64,000 nucleotides of DNA from Octopus sinensis (lineage: Eukaryota): the NCBI RefSeq assembly GCF_006345805.1, contig NC_043008.1:22444001-22508000 (forward strand), read 5' to 3'. This document shows positions 1-13,764 of this stretch, piece by piece; position 1 is the stretch's first letter; every line of letters begins with the position of its first letter. Below the pieces are notes generated by a model. That model searched no databases, was not told where the DNA came from, and saw only the letters and a list, made by a program, of their open reading frames with translations. A program made the position numbers and the translations under genes.

Positions 1-110
1 ATCAATATAGATATAAACTGGGCTATAATAGACAACCCTACGTCTTACGTAATTGATTCCAGGACCTGCTTCCTGTGCACCGCAGAAAATGCCACATAGG
101 TTCTTTAGAA
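1..110 (+). mobile_element. Decayed Penelope-like GIY-YIG endonuclease C-terminus
   Basis: Translates as IDINWAIIDNPTSYVIDSRTCFLCTAEN, resembling the I.W.I....Y..GS..C.LC..EK tail also seen at 15.7 kb and 18.7 kb. Confidence 0.55.
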
Positions 111-1077
111 AATATATTCATTCAACAGAAGGAATGTAGTGGTATTACTTCACAGTTAACAAAATAATTTTATTTTTAATAAACTAGCTTGAATAGTAAA
201 AGACTAACTGTTAGCAGCAGAAATTGCAATTGAAGCAGGATAACACTGTCTCCAACGCAACCACATAGCAAAGTAATGAATGAATTATAAATTGTAGAAA
301 AGAATGATTTAGAGACACCAAAAACAAAATGCAGGAATCAAAGAAGACGATGACAATAAAATTTTAGCAAATTCAGACACAGGCAAAATTAAATGAACAG
401 AGTAACGATCTGGGGAAAAATATATTATAATGAAATAAATATTATAACAATTCTAGTAAAATAGGATATTTACCTGTAAAGTTAGAAAAACCAGCGAATT
501 GGCCAAAAAAAACCTTCAACACGACTACGCCAAAGTTTTGGTGCGCCCAGGATGACCAATACAGAATAAATACAGACATCAAAGATAAGAAAGTCAGAAA
601 AGAAATTCAATAAAATCAGATGCTCAATAACTAATTTTAACGAAACAGGATATAATAATGAAATCTGTCGACTGAGGTGTTACACAGAACTGACCAATGA
701 AAAGTTAATAATGCAACAAGCAAAATGCCACGAATCAAAAAACAATCTGCAGAAATTGGATAAAATGGTGAAATCAAGCAATGAAGATGGAAAAACTGAC
801 AGAGTGAAATTTGAAACGAAACAACATTCGCAAACACCACCGTAATTGAAAAAAAAATAGTGTTTAAAAGAAAACAACTGGTCAATGAAGATGGTAGCCA
901 GATACAGATAACTGACTTGGCTCCAATGTATATAAAATGAGCTTGAAATGTGAAATAGAAACAGTTCGTTAAAGAACGCAGTGCCATGAAACTCGAGTCA
1001 CAAGAAAAAGAATTCAGTTTAAATAAACAATTTACTCTACACTGTATATTGAGTACTCTCTTCTTCTTTTATTATGC

Positions 1078-1216
<139 letters not shown>

Positions 1217-1600
1217 TCTCACCAGCAGCTGCTAGATGATTTTTTTTTCGTCTGCTACAGATTTATATTGTGGTGTTTTAAACATAGCACATCCATAAGA
1301 GATATTACCTCCGAGTGAATTCTGCAGTAAATTTGCTTTTTTTTTTTTTTTGCAGGGTGTTTTCGTTAAATATGTCACTCGGGTATTGTCTCTATTGTAA
1401 ATAATGAATTTTTATTCAAGAGGGATGTGATTTTCAACACCGGTGAGTGTTTATTTGCTGCGTAGCCTAATCAATTGAGATAAATTTCATTTTAGCATGC
1501 AGCTGGCTCTTAGCGAGGTCGAAATACGCACCTAGCATACTCACCGGCCACTCAGTGCTAGGCGATTTTCGTCTGCTACCGATAGATAGATAGATAGATT

Positions 1601-1704
<104 letters not shown>

Positions 1705-1740
1705 GGTAGGTAGGTAGGTAGGTAGGTATGTAGGTAAGTA

Positions 1741-3028
1741 CAGAGGTTGGACAAAATAATGGAAAGACCTTAAAATTTCAAAAAAATTTATTTTGATATG
1801 GGGTAGCACCGCCTTTGGCAGTAATTACAGCTTGAATTCTACGAGGTATGGACACGTACAAAGTTTCAATTGTTTCCAAAGGAATATTTGTCCATTCTTC
1901 AGCTAAAACTGTCTCCTGTTCTTGTAGTGATGATGACGGAGGTTATCGCCTTCTTACTTGCTTTTCTAAAATGCACCATAAATGTTCGATAATATTGAGA
2001 TCTGGGGACTGTGGTGGTCAGATAAGATGTTCAACTTCACTAGAATGTTCGTGCCATTCAGTAACAACTTTAGCTGTGTGTGAATTGGTGCATTATTATT
2101 CTGAGAGATCGCGTTTCCCAGAGGAAACAATTCCGCAAACATAGGATGAATTTGATCAGATAAAATGCTTAAATAGTCTTGACTAGTAATTCTGCCATGA
2201 AGGGAAACTAAGATTTCCAAGATATACCCCCCTCCCCCACGCAGATCATCACAGTTCCTCCTCTGTGTTTAACAGTTGGAAGAAGGCAGTTTGGGTCAAA
2301 TACTTCTTTTGGCTGTCTCCACATGTATATTCGGCCGGTGGTCGGAAATAAGGTAAAGGATGACTCGTCTGACAAAATAACATTCTTCCACTGCTCTAGG
2401 GACCAATTTTGTAGGTTTTTACTCCACTTTAAACGCTTTGCAACGTTTGTTTTTGGAAATAGTGGTTTTCTGATTGCAGCCCTTCTATGAAATCCGACTT
2501 TGCGCAGCTCTCGGCGAACTGTTTTTGTGGAAACTAGGTTCTCGAGGTGGTCATTAAGCTCTGCAGTAAAATTGGGAGCTGTACTTTTGTGATCCTTTCA
2601 AACAATTCGTGTTAGAGTCCAACGGTCCCTATCAGAAAGTTTTGGTTTTTTTCCGGAGTATTGTTTCAACGAGGAGGTTTTTCCTTCTTTCTCAAAGTCT
2701 GTCATTACTTTCGAGACAGTACCTCTTGATACACCAAACATTTCGGCTGTTTTCGTTACGCTAACGCCTGCCATATGAGCACCAGCAATTCGACCTCTTT
2801 GAAAGTCCGATAGACCTGTCATTTTAATGAATTTTAATTACCTTTTTCTGATGATATCTGATAAGAAACAGCAATTATAGCAAAACATATCAAGCAACAC
2901 TAATAATAACCCCCCCATACACACACACACACACAAAAAAAAACATAAAAATAAATAAGCTTTTGACGGTTTTATCGATATTTCAAAATTATGATGCTAG
3001 GTGTTTCCATTATTTTGTCCAACCCCTG
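1741..3028 (-). mobile_element. Tc1-family DNA transposon with both TIRs; transposase decayed
   Basis: 30-bp TIRs (cagaggttggacaaaataatggaaagacct / aggtgtttccattattttgtccaacccctg) flanked by TA at 1739-40 and 3029-30. HTH fragment MTGLSDFQRGRIAGAHMAGVSVTKTAEMFGVSRGTVSKV (2598-2822) and DDE-region fragments (1966-2220 and below). Confidence 0.93.
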
Positions 3029-3163
3029 TAGATAGATAGAAATAGTGTTTTTAACACAGCACGCCCATACGATATATTGTCTCTGAATGAATATCACAGT
3101 AAAATTACTTTTCCCTAATGTATTTACGTCAAGTGTATACACAAATGGATATATATGTGTGTG

Positions 3164-3243
<80 letters not shown>

Positions 3244-3483
3244 TATATGTATGTATATGATCGAATCTGAATATGCATAAATTGCAACTTGGAGTTTTTC
3301 GCTTCCCAGTCTGTAAATTTAAAGGATTCTATACATTAGACCTATCTCAAGTAGCCTTTGCCTGGTAACGTAGAAAATCCAAGTTTTGTAGTGAAATGGC
3401 ACCAGTTTTGCAGTACAGAAGAACTTAACGAGAAAATACTGATTACATACATACGCATACATACAAAACGTGTTTTGCATGTA

Positions 3484-3558
<75 letters not shown>

Positions 3559-4224
3559 TGTGTGTGTGTGTAGTAAATAAGAATAAAGCGAATGGATAGT
3601 TTCGACATCATGTTTATTCCAATTATGAATGCATTGCGAAACTTCATAGATAACATTAGGTAAACTCCGATTGTCATATTACAGCCATTACACTGACAAA
3701 GCATTTTGCCAAAATATTCAGCGAGGTATCACTTGGAAAATATTCGGCAGAACATCAACTGAAGAAAGGGTGGTCATGTAACAATACGAATTTACATAAT
3801 GCTACCTGTGAAGCTATGCAATGTACTCGTATTTGGAATAATCACGCTTTTGAAACAAGCATAGTGATCTCTGAAGTATACGTTTTATTGTTTTTTACTG
3901 AATATTACACTGCGTAAAATATTCCAATTATTCTTTTGATATACACGTAGATTTGCATGATAACCGGCACCAATAAATAACTGCTTTAACTCTGTTTTAG
4001 CTGTTGACTTGGAATACATACATATCTGAATTACTTGGAATACATACATATCTTTTTCTTCTGTTTGTTTCAGAGTAATCTGTCGAGCCAAAATTACGTG
4101 AAGGTGCTCCTAGATTAATTTCCCAAGATCTAAAGCGATCCTTTCTATTTTACTATGTGTGTATATATATTTGTGTGTGTGTGTGTGCGTATGTATTTAT
4201 GTATGTATGTATATACGCGCACCT

Positions 4225-4503
4225 TCGTTTTGGGATCCCCACTACTTTATTATCTCCCCTTCTTCCTAGCTCTCTTGTGTGATCCCTCTCTGTCCGGCAT
4301 TTGCCATGATAGATCGCTAGCCTCTACACACTATTTATTTTCTTTCCCTGTTTCTTTCTGTGTTCCTGTCTGTGGAAGAGCGTAGGCTTGAAACGTTAAA
4401 GACTTTTTCACTTCCCGAGCGTTAAACTAAAACATCTGTTTGTTGTCTACACCACCTGTCTTCGTCTTTTGTTTGTTTTGGGTTTTTTTGTGAATTCTCC
4501 CTA
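4225..4503 (+). ncRNA. Short element family A with hammerhead-like motif (core about 4366-4401)
   Basis: CUGUGGA-A-GAGC(GUAG)GCUU-GAA-ACGU-U-AAAG. Homologous copies at 16.5-16.8 kb and 32.4-32.7 kb; ends in (TA)n. Confidence 0.5.
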
Positions 4504-4509
4504 TATATA

Positions 4510-4577
<68 letters not shown>

Positions 4578-4777
4578 ATAGAGTTATTGCTAAGGGATTA
4601 TCAATCCGGGCAAAATACTTCATAACCAAAAATGGCTCTGACGAAAATAGCATTAATTTTTTAGGTCGCTCAACACTTCAACTTTTTTCAACTGATCAAG
4701 AGTCCAATTGAGAAACCTATCAGTAACGAACCGATAACAACTACTGAAAACAACTGCAAACCAAATTTATATATATA

Positions 4778-5638
4778 CAGGGTGTCCCAAAATTCATTGA
4801 TAGGTTGCAAATTTTAATAACTTCTTTAACTTTACAGATAAATGCATGTAATTTTGATACAATATAAAGGATATAATGGAAATTAATATGCACAAGTCAA
4901 ATTTTGCAACATCACTATATCACATGTGAAAAATGATATCGCTTAAAAGGCAGCTATTTTCGGCTTCGCACATCCATGCTCTTTCCAAAACTTGCGCCAT
5001 AAAACCGTCAGATGTTTCAGACCCTACTTCTTTGATTTCTCTATTGTTCTCCTTCAGTTGCACAAGGGTTGCTGGTTTGTTGATGTAAACCCTCTCTTTC
5101 AGGTATCCCCACAAGAAAAAATCCGGGTTAGTCAAGTCTGGAGAACGTGAAAGCAGTTCAAAGTAGACCTCACACATTGTTCCAGCAAGATGGAGCAACT
5201 GCTCATACCGCAAGAGAAACAATGCAGTTGCTATGGCAGTGCTTTGGAGAGAGAATAATCTCCCACTACGGCAATGTCAACTGGCCTTCGCGTTCTCCAG
5301 ACTTTTTCCTGTGGGGACACCTGAAAGAGAGGGTTTACATCAACAAACCGGTGACCCTGAAGAAGAACATCAATAGAGAAATCAGAGAAGTAGGGTCTGA
5401 AACTCTTGGCGGTTTTATGGTGCATGTTTTGGAAAGAGCATGGGCGAGCGAAGCCGAAAATGGCTGTCATTTAAGCGATGTCATTTTTCACATGTGATGT
5501 AGCGGTGTTGCAAAATTTGACTTGTGCATATTAATTTCCATTATGTCCTCTATATTGTATCGAACTTTCATGCATTTATTTATAAAGTTAAGGAAGTTAT
5601 TAAAAATTGAAACCCATCAGGGACTTTGGGACACCCTA
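4778..5638. mobile_element. Foldback of two 3' ends of a DDxD mariner-like transposon
   Basis: The left arm (minus) and right arm (plus) both encode W/LxSRSPD..DFFLWGxLKERVYINKP; the right arm also has LFQQDGATAH. Terminal cagggtgtcccaaa / tttgggacaccct. Confidence 0.85.
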
Positions 5639-5649
5639 ACTATACATAC

Positions 5650-6035
5650 ATGAGGAGCGTTGTAATTCGTTTCGTGCATCGTGGCACAGAAATAGAATAA
5701 TAAACGAAAAGAGAAATAAGGAAAACTTCTGACAATTCAGAGAAGAAAGTTGAAAAAAGAAACTTTACATATTTCAGACACAAATGCCCATCTTCCAAAG
5801 GATACAGTCAAAGAAATGTGAGTCTACATAGACCTTGCCAACGGCTATCCAAATAACAGGATTTACGTAGACTCACATTTCTTAACCGTATCCTTTTGAA
5901 GATGGGCCTTTTTACCTGAAATATATAAAGTTTTTTCAACTTTCCTCTCTGCACTGTTACAAGTTTTCTCCATTTCTCTTATCGTTTACATATATATAAA
6001 GTTGTCAAGACTATAAACGCTACAACACAATTACG
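5650..6035. repeat. Imperfect foldback element (MITE-like)
   Basis: Arm pairs include aaagaaatgtgagtctac / gtagactcacatttctt and gcccatcttccaaaggatac / gtatccttttgaagatgggc. Confidence 0.7.
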
Positions 6036-6132
6036 AACGAACATTAAAGTGGTCAAGAAAGGAAAAAAATGGAGGATGTTGTAATCATCTTCTGTCTCTT
6101 TGCAAGCATTTTTTCTCTCTTCTTTATTCTAC

Positions 6133-6557
6133 TCTTCAACTTTTTTCAACTGATCAAGAGTCCAATTGAGAAACCTATCAGTAACGAACCGATAACGACT
6201 ACTGAAAACAACTGCAAACCAAAGTTATATATATACAGGGTGTCCCAAAATTCATTGATAGGTTGCAATTTTTAATAACTTCCTTAACTTTACAGATAAA
6301 TGCATGTAATTTTGATACAATACAAAGGATATAATGGAAATTAATATGCACAAGTCAAATTTTGCAACACCACTGCATCACATGTGAAAAATGACATTGC
6401 TTAAATGGCAGCCATAGTCGGCTTCGCACGTCCATGCTCTTTCCAAAACTTGCGCCATAAAACCGTCAGAAGTTTCAGACCCCACTTCTTTAATTTCTCT
6501 ATTGTTTTCCTTCAGTTGCACCAGGGTTGCTGGTTTGTTGATGTAAACCCTCTTTTT
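6133..6557 (-). mobile_element. Direct duplicate of 4676-5100 (mariner-like 3' end plus flank)
   Basis: Near-identical flank cttcaacttttttcaactgatcaagagtcc... followed by the TIR cagggtgtccc at 6236. Confidence 0.85.
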
Positions 6558-6834
6558 CAATACGAATCTGTACAAAGATTTCAGTGCGCTTAATGCAAAA
6601 AGTTTACCAGCTATTATGATCAGCCGCTGAATTTGTGAAAAAAAAATCCCAGCCTCATTCATATGATAATTCGCTTCAGAAAGATTTTATATAGCTTTGG
6701 TGGTGCCTCAGCAGAACGCCTAATTTACAAGTGTCCAGCTCGCTGTAAAAGATTGTTTTGAGAATACGATCGTTTTGCTTTCGAGCTGCATAGCCACAGC
6801 AGTGAATGCCTTATATTATTAGTAATACCTATCA

Positions 6835-7060
6835 GTAAGTCGTCGAGTTGGCAGAATTGTTAGCACGCCGGTCTAAATGCTCAGCGGTATTTCGCCCGTC
6901 GCGACGTTCTGAGTTCAAATTCCACCGAGGTCGACTTTGCCTTTCATCCCTTTCGGGGTCGATAAATTAAGTACCAGTTGAGTGCTGGGGTCGATGTAAT
7001 CGACTGATACCCCCTCCCCCATATTTCAGGCCTTGTGCCTGTAATAGAAAGGATTATTAG
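6835..7060 (+). mobile_element. SINE family 2 (tRNA-like head gagctggcagaa..gagttcaaattcc)
   Basis: Shared body gtcgactttgcctttcatcctttcggggtcgataa; more than 10 copies in the window. Confidence 0.8.
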
Positions 7061-7099
7061 TAATGCCTACACACTACTTATTTTATTGTGTGATAGAAC

Positions 7100-7915
7100 T
7101 GAAGCATTGGTTATCATGTCTTGCCAGATATTATGAATACAACGAAGAAGTTATAGTCCAGCACTACACCACCAAACAGTCGCCATAACGTTCTTTTTGA
7201 AGAGCTCGGGTTTAGGGGAGGTTTTCGGTGCTTCATTTTGGTCCAACCACTGCGAAGAACGTCTTTTATTATTGTACAGAATCCAATTTCATCGCAAGTT
7301 ACAAAGCGGTCGATATACAGATCGGTCTGATTACGGACAGGAGCGACGAGCAAATTTCCTGATTTTCATTCAAATCGTGTGGTACCCATTTGACGAGCTT
7401 TTTTAATTTTCCGATCGCAAGCATATGGTTGCAGGCACTTTTCTAACTAACTTTAAGTTCTTTTGATGTTCCCAAGTGGTTTTATGTGGATCTTTTTCAA
7501 TGACGGTTTTTAATTGACCGTCATCGATGAAAGATGGACGTCCACTACGCTCACGATCTTCAAGGCTCAGGTCTCCACTGCGAAATCATTTAAACCATTT
7601 TCGAGCTGACACTCACTGGTCATCTCCTCACCAAACGTTTCGTTGATGTCGTGAGCAGTTTCATCTGATTTACGTCCATTTTTGAAGTTGAATAGCAAAA
7701 TTACTAGAATATCGCGCTTTCACAGTTCCATTTCAGATGATTGTAACAACAGTGAATAAATATCAATATTAATTCATTGATACATTTGGGCAAGTCTATG
7801 CCTGTATTATCAGACAGTTACAAAAAAATGTTTAAAACAAATTCAAAATTCTGCAAAAATTCGGTACAAGTTCTTTAAGGTTCAACACGTTGCTTACTTT
7901 TTACTCAACCTGACA
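7100..7915 (-). mobile_element. Mariner transposon, 5' portion, decayed
   Basis: Fragments DRFVTCDE, KWVPHDL and ETAHDINETFGEE; mariner-like TIR remnant at about 7890-7915. Confidence 0.82.
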
Positions 7916-7930
7916 TTTATATATATATAG

Positions 7931-8160
7931 TTAATCTAAACATGAAAACACAAAGAGAAAACACAACAACGTGAGTACGTGGAACAAGTATAGTGTTATT
8001 GGACGCTCAGGAAAGGAAAGAAAGAAGGAGGATTTAACGTTTCGAGCGGAGCTCTTCGTCAGAAACATAGGAAAAGGAAAGATCCAAGGAAGGGAAGACG
8101 GAGGGAAAAAAGTCGCCAACGGTACACACGCGATCACATTTTGAATGACCGGAAATATAC
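7931..8160 (-). ncRNA. Short element family B with canonical minimal type-I hammerhead core (8032-8066)
   Basis: Minus strand reads GUUU-CUGACGA-A-GAGC(UCC)GCUC-GAA-ACGU-U-AAAU. Five copies of the family are in the window. Confidence 0.65.
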
Positions 8161-8170
8161 ATATACTCAA

Positions 8171-8415
8171 AATTAAGAGAAATGCCCACTAAAGTGGGCA
8201 CCTAATATGTTAAACATAGACGTCAAATCGCCATCACCACGAAGAGTGTGTTCTCAAGAAAAATCTCAGCAAAACGCCAAAATGTAAAATTGGTCATTTT
8301 TACATTTTGGCGTTTTGCTGAAATTTTTTTAAGAACACACTCTTTGTGGTAATGGCGATTTGACGTCTATGTTTAGCATATTAGGTGTCCAGTTTAGTGG
8401 TCATTCCTTTTAATT
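8171..8415. repeat. Near-perfect foldback (about 120-bp arms), MITE-like
   Basis: catagacgtcaaatcgccatcaccac..gcaaaacgccaaaatgtaaaa is mirrored by ttttacattttggcgttttgc..gcgatttgacgtctatg; loop of about 7 nt. Confidence 0.9.
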
Positions 8416-8525
8416 ATGTATGTAACACAATTTTAAACTTTTGGTTTTTTCAAATTTGCTAAGCCACTGGTTTTAATTGATTAATATTTAATGATATATA
8501 TATATATTATATATATATATATATA

Positions 8526-8596
<71 letters not shown>

Positions 8597-8739
8597 GTAT
8601 ATATATATATATATATATACGTGCGTGAGTTGACTACGAGACCATAAGTCAGGGAGAAAATGCCCTCATATAACTGTTAGTAGAGTGGGCATATTGTCTG
8701 AATTAATAGTATTAAGTATCCATCAGGGCTGGACGAAAG

Positions 8740-8890
8740 GTCAGTCTGTTGCAGAATTATTCATTTTTGGCTGTTGAGTGGAGTGGTACAACATGAGATG
8801 AAATATTTTGTTCAAGAACATACACATTACTCCATCCGAGAATCGAACTGACAATCTTACAATTACATGTGCGATACCCTAACCACGTTC
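8740..8890 (-). mobile_element. SINE family 4 (tRNA/CORE-like), degenerate
   Basis: Reverse complement of gtggttagggt...gttcttgaacaaaatatttcatctca; similar to 47970 and 53905. Confidence 0.55.
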
Positions 8891-9002
8891 TCTACAGTTA
8901 GAAGAAAGTCTTCATATAAAGCATGGCTTAATACCAAACAATTTAAATGTCAAGTACTACCAGGTGTGACCTATTATAAAGCTATTCCGTTAATTAGAGT
9001 CG

Positions 9003-9190
9003 TTAAGGCGGCGAGTTGGCAGAATCATTAGCACGTCAGGCAAAACGTTTAGCAGTATTTTGTTTGTCTTCACATTCTGATTTCGAATTCCACCGCTGTC
9101 GACTTTGCCTTTATCGGGGTCGATAAACTAAGATGTAATCGACTAGTCCCCCCCCCCTCACAAAGTCAGGCCTTGTGCTTATAGTAGAAA
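9003..9190 (+). mobile_element. SINE family 2
   Basis: aaggcggcgagttggcagaatc head and gtcgactttgcc body. Confidence 0.75.
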
Positions 9191-9867
9191 TATAACTTAG
9201 TCGACTTGCTTCCATTTTTTCTTTTTTTTTTTTGTCGTTATTCAACTTAATTGGTTATATTTCCAAAAATTAATTGGTTGCAAATTATTTATAAATGCTT
9301 AGTTGGAACTAATATTTCATATTAGTCATATATTAGCTTAACCACAAATCATTTAAATGTCAGGTAACACTCACACTTACATTCCTTTCAAAACCCAGCT
9401 AGCATTATCCAGATTGTTATGGAAGTTAAAAACACACCAGCATCCATTACAATTTGCAATGGAACATACTGACTAAGGATAAGTTATAGGACATATCTGG
9501 ATAATCGAACAGTTGATCTCTTATATCTACAATTAATTCATTGGTTAATAAAACATACATTATAATAATTTTACCACTTTCCATTCTCACTACTCTGATT
9601 TTGCACTATCAACATGTGAAATCAGAACTTGACTTTTTCTACAAACTCAATACAACTTTGTAAAAGAATGGTTTCAAATTTTGGTGCAAGACCAACAATT
9701 TTTGAATGGAAGGGGAAGTGAATTACATTGAAGCCAGTGTGTAACTGGTGTTTTATCAACCCCTAAATAATGAAAAGCAAAGTTGACCTCAGCAGAATGA
9801 AATGTCTCTAAGCATTCTGCCCAGCAGGAAAACAATTAAGCCAGCTCACAATTCAAAGATATTGTGG

Positions 9868-10312
9868 TTATTGACTATCTCCAAAAGGGCCACACCATCA
9901 ACAGAGAGTACTATGCTAAATTGCTGAGGCAGTTACGAAAGGCTATCAAGGCGAAATGTCCAGGAAAACTGACAAAAGGGGTCTAGTTTCATCAGGGCAA
10001 TGCTCTGAACTGGTTGATCAGCCTACCTCCCTATCTTCCTGATTTGGCCCCATCTGACTATCTGTGTTCCCCAACATGAAAAAACATTTGGTTGGGTATC
10101 AGCATTGCAGTGATGATGATGTCATATCGTCTGTTGATGACTTTTTGAGCAACGGGATGAAAGCTTTTTCACCAATGGGATCCAAAACCTGCAACACCAA
10201 TGGAAGAAGTATGTGGGCTTCTAAGGGGAGTATGTTGGAAAGTAGACCACATTTGGTCACATTCCATGAAAGTATCTTGGTCAGCCTGTGAACTTTGCAG
10301 TCCATCACCGTA
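9868..10312 (+). mobile_element. Mariner (irritans/Himar-like) 3' fragment with terminal TIR
   Basis: DYLQKGHTINREYYAKLLRQL..PPYLPDLAPSDY..FPNMKKHL..; ends gtcagcctgtgaactttgcagtccatcaccg followed by TA. Confidence 0.85.
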
Positions 10313-10560
10313 ATTATAGCCTTTTATTGTGTATACTTGAAACATCATAAGAAGAAAATTATGCAAAATCTTTGCAGAGGGTTTATTTGCATCCTGGTAG
10401 TAATAATGATTGAGGTTTCTGAAATCAGTTCTATATTATATATTACTCAGTTGGGACTTGCCCCTCACCACATGATTATTGATGTGTGTGTGTGTGTGTC
10501 TGTGTCATGTGTGTGTATAAATATATGTGTGTGTATAAATATATGTGTGTATATATATGT

Positions 10561-10626
<66 letters not shown>

Positions 10627-10641
10627 ATATATATATATATA

Positions 10642-10833
10642 TTCTTTTATTCTTTTATTTGGTTCAGCCATTTGACTGTTACCATGCTGGAGCACTAGCT
10701 TTAGTCAAACAAACTGACTGCAGGACTTATTCTTTGTAAGCCTAGTACTTATTTTATTGGTCTTTTTTGCCAAACTACTAAGTTATGGGGACACCAACAT
10801 CAGTTGTCAAGGATTGTGAGAGGACAAATACAT

Positions 10834-10868
<35 letters not shown>

Positions 10869-11030
10869 CAACTGGCTTCTTTCAGTTCTTGTCTCCCAGA
10901 TCCACTCACAAGGTTTTGGTTTGCCTGAGGCTATAGTAGAAGACACTTGCTCAAGGTGTCACGCAGTAGGACTGAACCCGGAACTATGAAGGTTGGTAAG
11001 CAAGCTTCTTACCACACAGCCATTCCTGTG
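10642..11030 (-). mobile_element. SINE family 1 (tRNA head, CORE-like domain, internal microsatellite)
   Basis: Head ggagtggctgtgtggtaag..ggttcagtccc on the minus strand, internal (CA)/(TA) tract, tail gaaacaagtaaaaga. Confidence 0.8.
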
Positions 11031-11164
11031 CCTGTATTTTTATATACATATATGTATGCATATATATTAATGCATAGACATGTGAATACACACACGCACA
11101 CATAAATATTTACACATACATATATATATATATATATACTTATATTCACATCAACTTAAACGTA

Positions 11165-11201
11165 TACAGATAGATGGACAGACAGACAGACAGACAAACA
11201 C

Positions 11202-11286
<85 letters not shown>

Positions 11287-11313
11287 TAGATAGATAGATA
11301 GATAGATAGATAG

Positions 11314-11355
<42 letters not shown>
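11165..11355. repeat. (AGAC)n/(AGAT)n compound microsatellite
   Basis: Seen directly. Confidence 0.95.
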
Positions 11356-12159
11356 TTTGATTTGAATTGTAAAGTTACTTTTATTTTGATACATTATCAT
11401 ACATTTACTTTTTTTAGTCTGTTGTGATATCTTTTAGAAAAAATTAAAAAAACAGAATGGTGTTACTTAGTGATAAGAGTAGTCTTTGTGAAAATAATAT
11501 ATGTTATATTAATGCATTAAGTATTAACTATTACATAAAAGAGATTTTTATTTTTCCTTCAGAAGTATAATAATTAAGATGGTTTACTTCAAATGTTTTA
11601 TATAATAATACAGAGTTAAGCGTTTGGATTTTTTTTTTTATGGTTTTGGCCAGTCAGCTTAAATGTTTATATCGCAAAAAAAAATTAATAGACTGAACTC
11701 TATATTGAATATTCAATAGCATTTGGTTATGTCTGAATATATATTGTATCATAATGTTAGACGAAATGCTAACGTAATAACTTTTTATATTTAGGCTATG
11801 CATGAATTGCAATATAGAAAAAAAACTGGTTGTGATATATCTATTTCATCGATGGGACAATATACAATATAAGCTCTTTATATTTAAGTAGATATAATGT
11901 TCAATAGTTCTTATCTATATATATATATATGATATAATTAATGTGCCCTAAAAGTGAATGTAATTATTTATTTTAATGAAATGTTTTTAGAAACGTACAC
12001 ACCTTGGTAACAGAAATTGGTGAAAACATGCTCTCCTTAGAAAAAAAAAACTTTTTTTATCGAAATAGCATTTATTATTTATTTTCTTGCTGATAATTGT
12101 ATATATAATATGTTCGTATATATGCATATGCTTGTTGTGTGTGTGTGTATATATATCTA

Positions 12160-12257
<98 letters not shown>

Positions 12258-12710
12258 TGCATATATATATTATATATGTAGTATGTATGTATGTATGTAT
12301 GTGTGTGTATGTGTGTATGTATATATACACACACACACACATATATATATAATTTACACACTACTATTTATAGCTCTTAAATTCCAATATTAAAATCGAA
12401 ATAAGTGACAGGGTGCATGTGTTTGTGTGTACGTTTTTGCATGTGTGAATGTGTGCACATGTATGTAAACCTATACATGCAGACAAACATGCACACACAC
12501 ATACGCAACACACACACACACCCATGCATATATATTGGTTTACTTTTCCTTTTCCTTTAATATATACCTGCTGATTTGGAAGCCACCTCCAGGCCCCTTG
12601 TTCCAGCCTCAGCTGTGAACTTGGAACCTTACGGATGACCATTTATAGCACTTACTTAGTGTACCTATTCGTTTATATTATCAGTGAACTAAACCCCACC
12701 ATATTGTAAA

Positions 12711-12741
<31 letters not shown>

Positions 12742-12749
12742 ATAATAAT

Positions 12750-13030
12750 ATTAGGGAGTATAACTCCAAACTTACAGGGAAAAATTCAATTTAGTATTAA
12801 ATCAAATTTCACAATATAGATATATAATATATATAAATTAGAGAAAAACTATTATTATGTAATACAAACAATGATAGATATAAACCATATCATACAGAAA
12901 AAATAAAATATATAAAACTTTTTGTGATCTAGTTATATGTTTTATAATATATTTTATTTTTTCTATATGATATGGTTTATGTCTATCTTTGTTTGAATTA
13001 CATATTAGTGGTTTTTCTCTAATTTATATA
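12750..13030 (+). mobile_element. AT-rich hairpin-plus-tail element (family F)
   Basis: Conserved tail ccaaacttacagggaaaaattcaattt followed by about 90-bp inverted arms (12830-13030). Relatives at 31.8 kb and 55.2 kb. Confidence 0.65.
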
Positions 13031-13092
13031 TATGTATATATATAGAATATGATGGGTTTATACATGTATATATAAATATATATATATGTATG

Positions 13093-13130
<38 letters not shown>

Positions 13131-13764
13131 CATATGTTTGTATATATATATATATATATAATATATATATATACACATGCATATGTTTATATATATACAT
13201 GTATGTATATATATAATACATATTTATATACACACATGCACACACACATATGCATATATATACCCACACATGTGTGTATGTGTGATATCAAGAGTAATTA
13301 TTTTTATCGTATGATATTTATTTACTTCTATATAAAAGAGACTCCAGAGCATTAAGCAATCATACCACTTATTTGAACAACTAAATAGTTGATAACATTA
13401 ATATATAACACAGTTTGAAACGCTGTAACTAATACATTAGATGTCTGAACGATATGAATTAAAATCCAAAAATGTTTTCGTATGGTTCTAGTTATTATTA
13501 TTTGGATTATAAAGTTCCTGAATCATTCTGAGATAAGCATTTCTATCTCATCTATCTGAGAAAGACTTTAACAAACAACAGTTATTTTCATTTCTAGCCA
13601 TTTTTCTTCCCTTTCCCCCCCTCACCCCCACTGCTTCTTGGTATATTACTAGAATGAGTAAAATAATAATAATAATAATAATAATGATGATGATGATGAT
13701 GATGATGAGAAGAAGAAGAGAACAAGAACAAGAACAAGAACAAGAACAAGAAACAACAACAACA

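Noticed and set aside
110-1030. A-rich stretch resembling a decayed ORF
   Set aside because: Frequent stops in all frames and no motif I can recognise.
4072-4115. Possible exon after ttttcttctgtttgtttcag
   Set aside because: No convincing donor, partner exon or recognisable protein.
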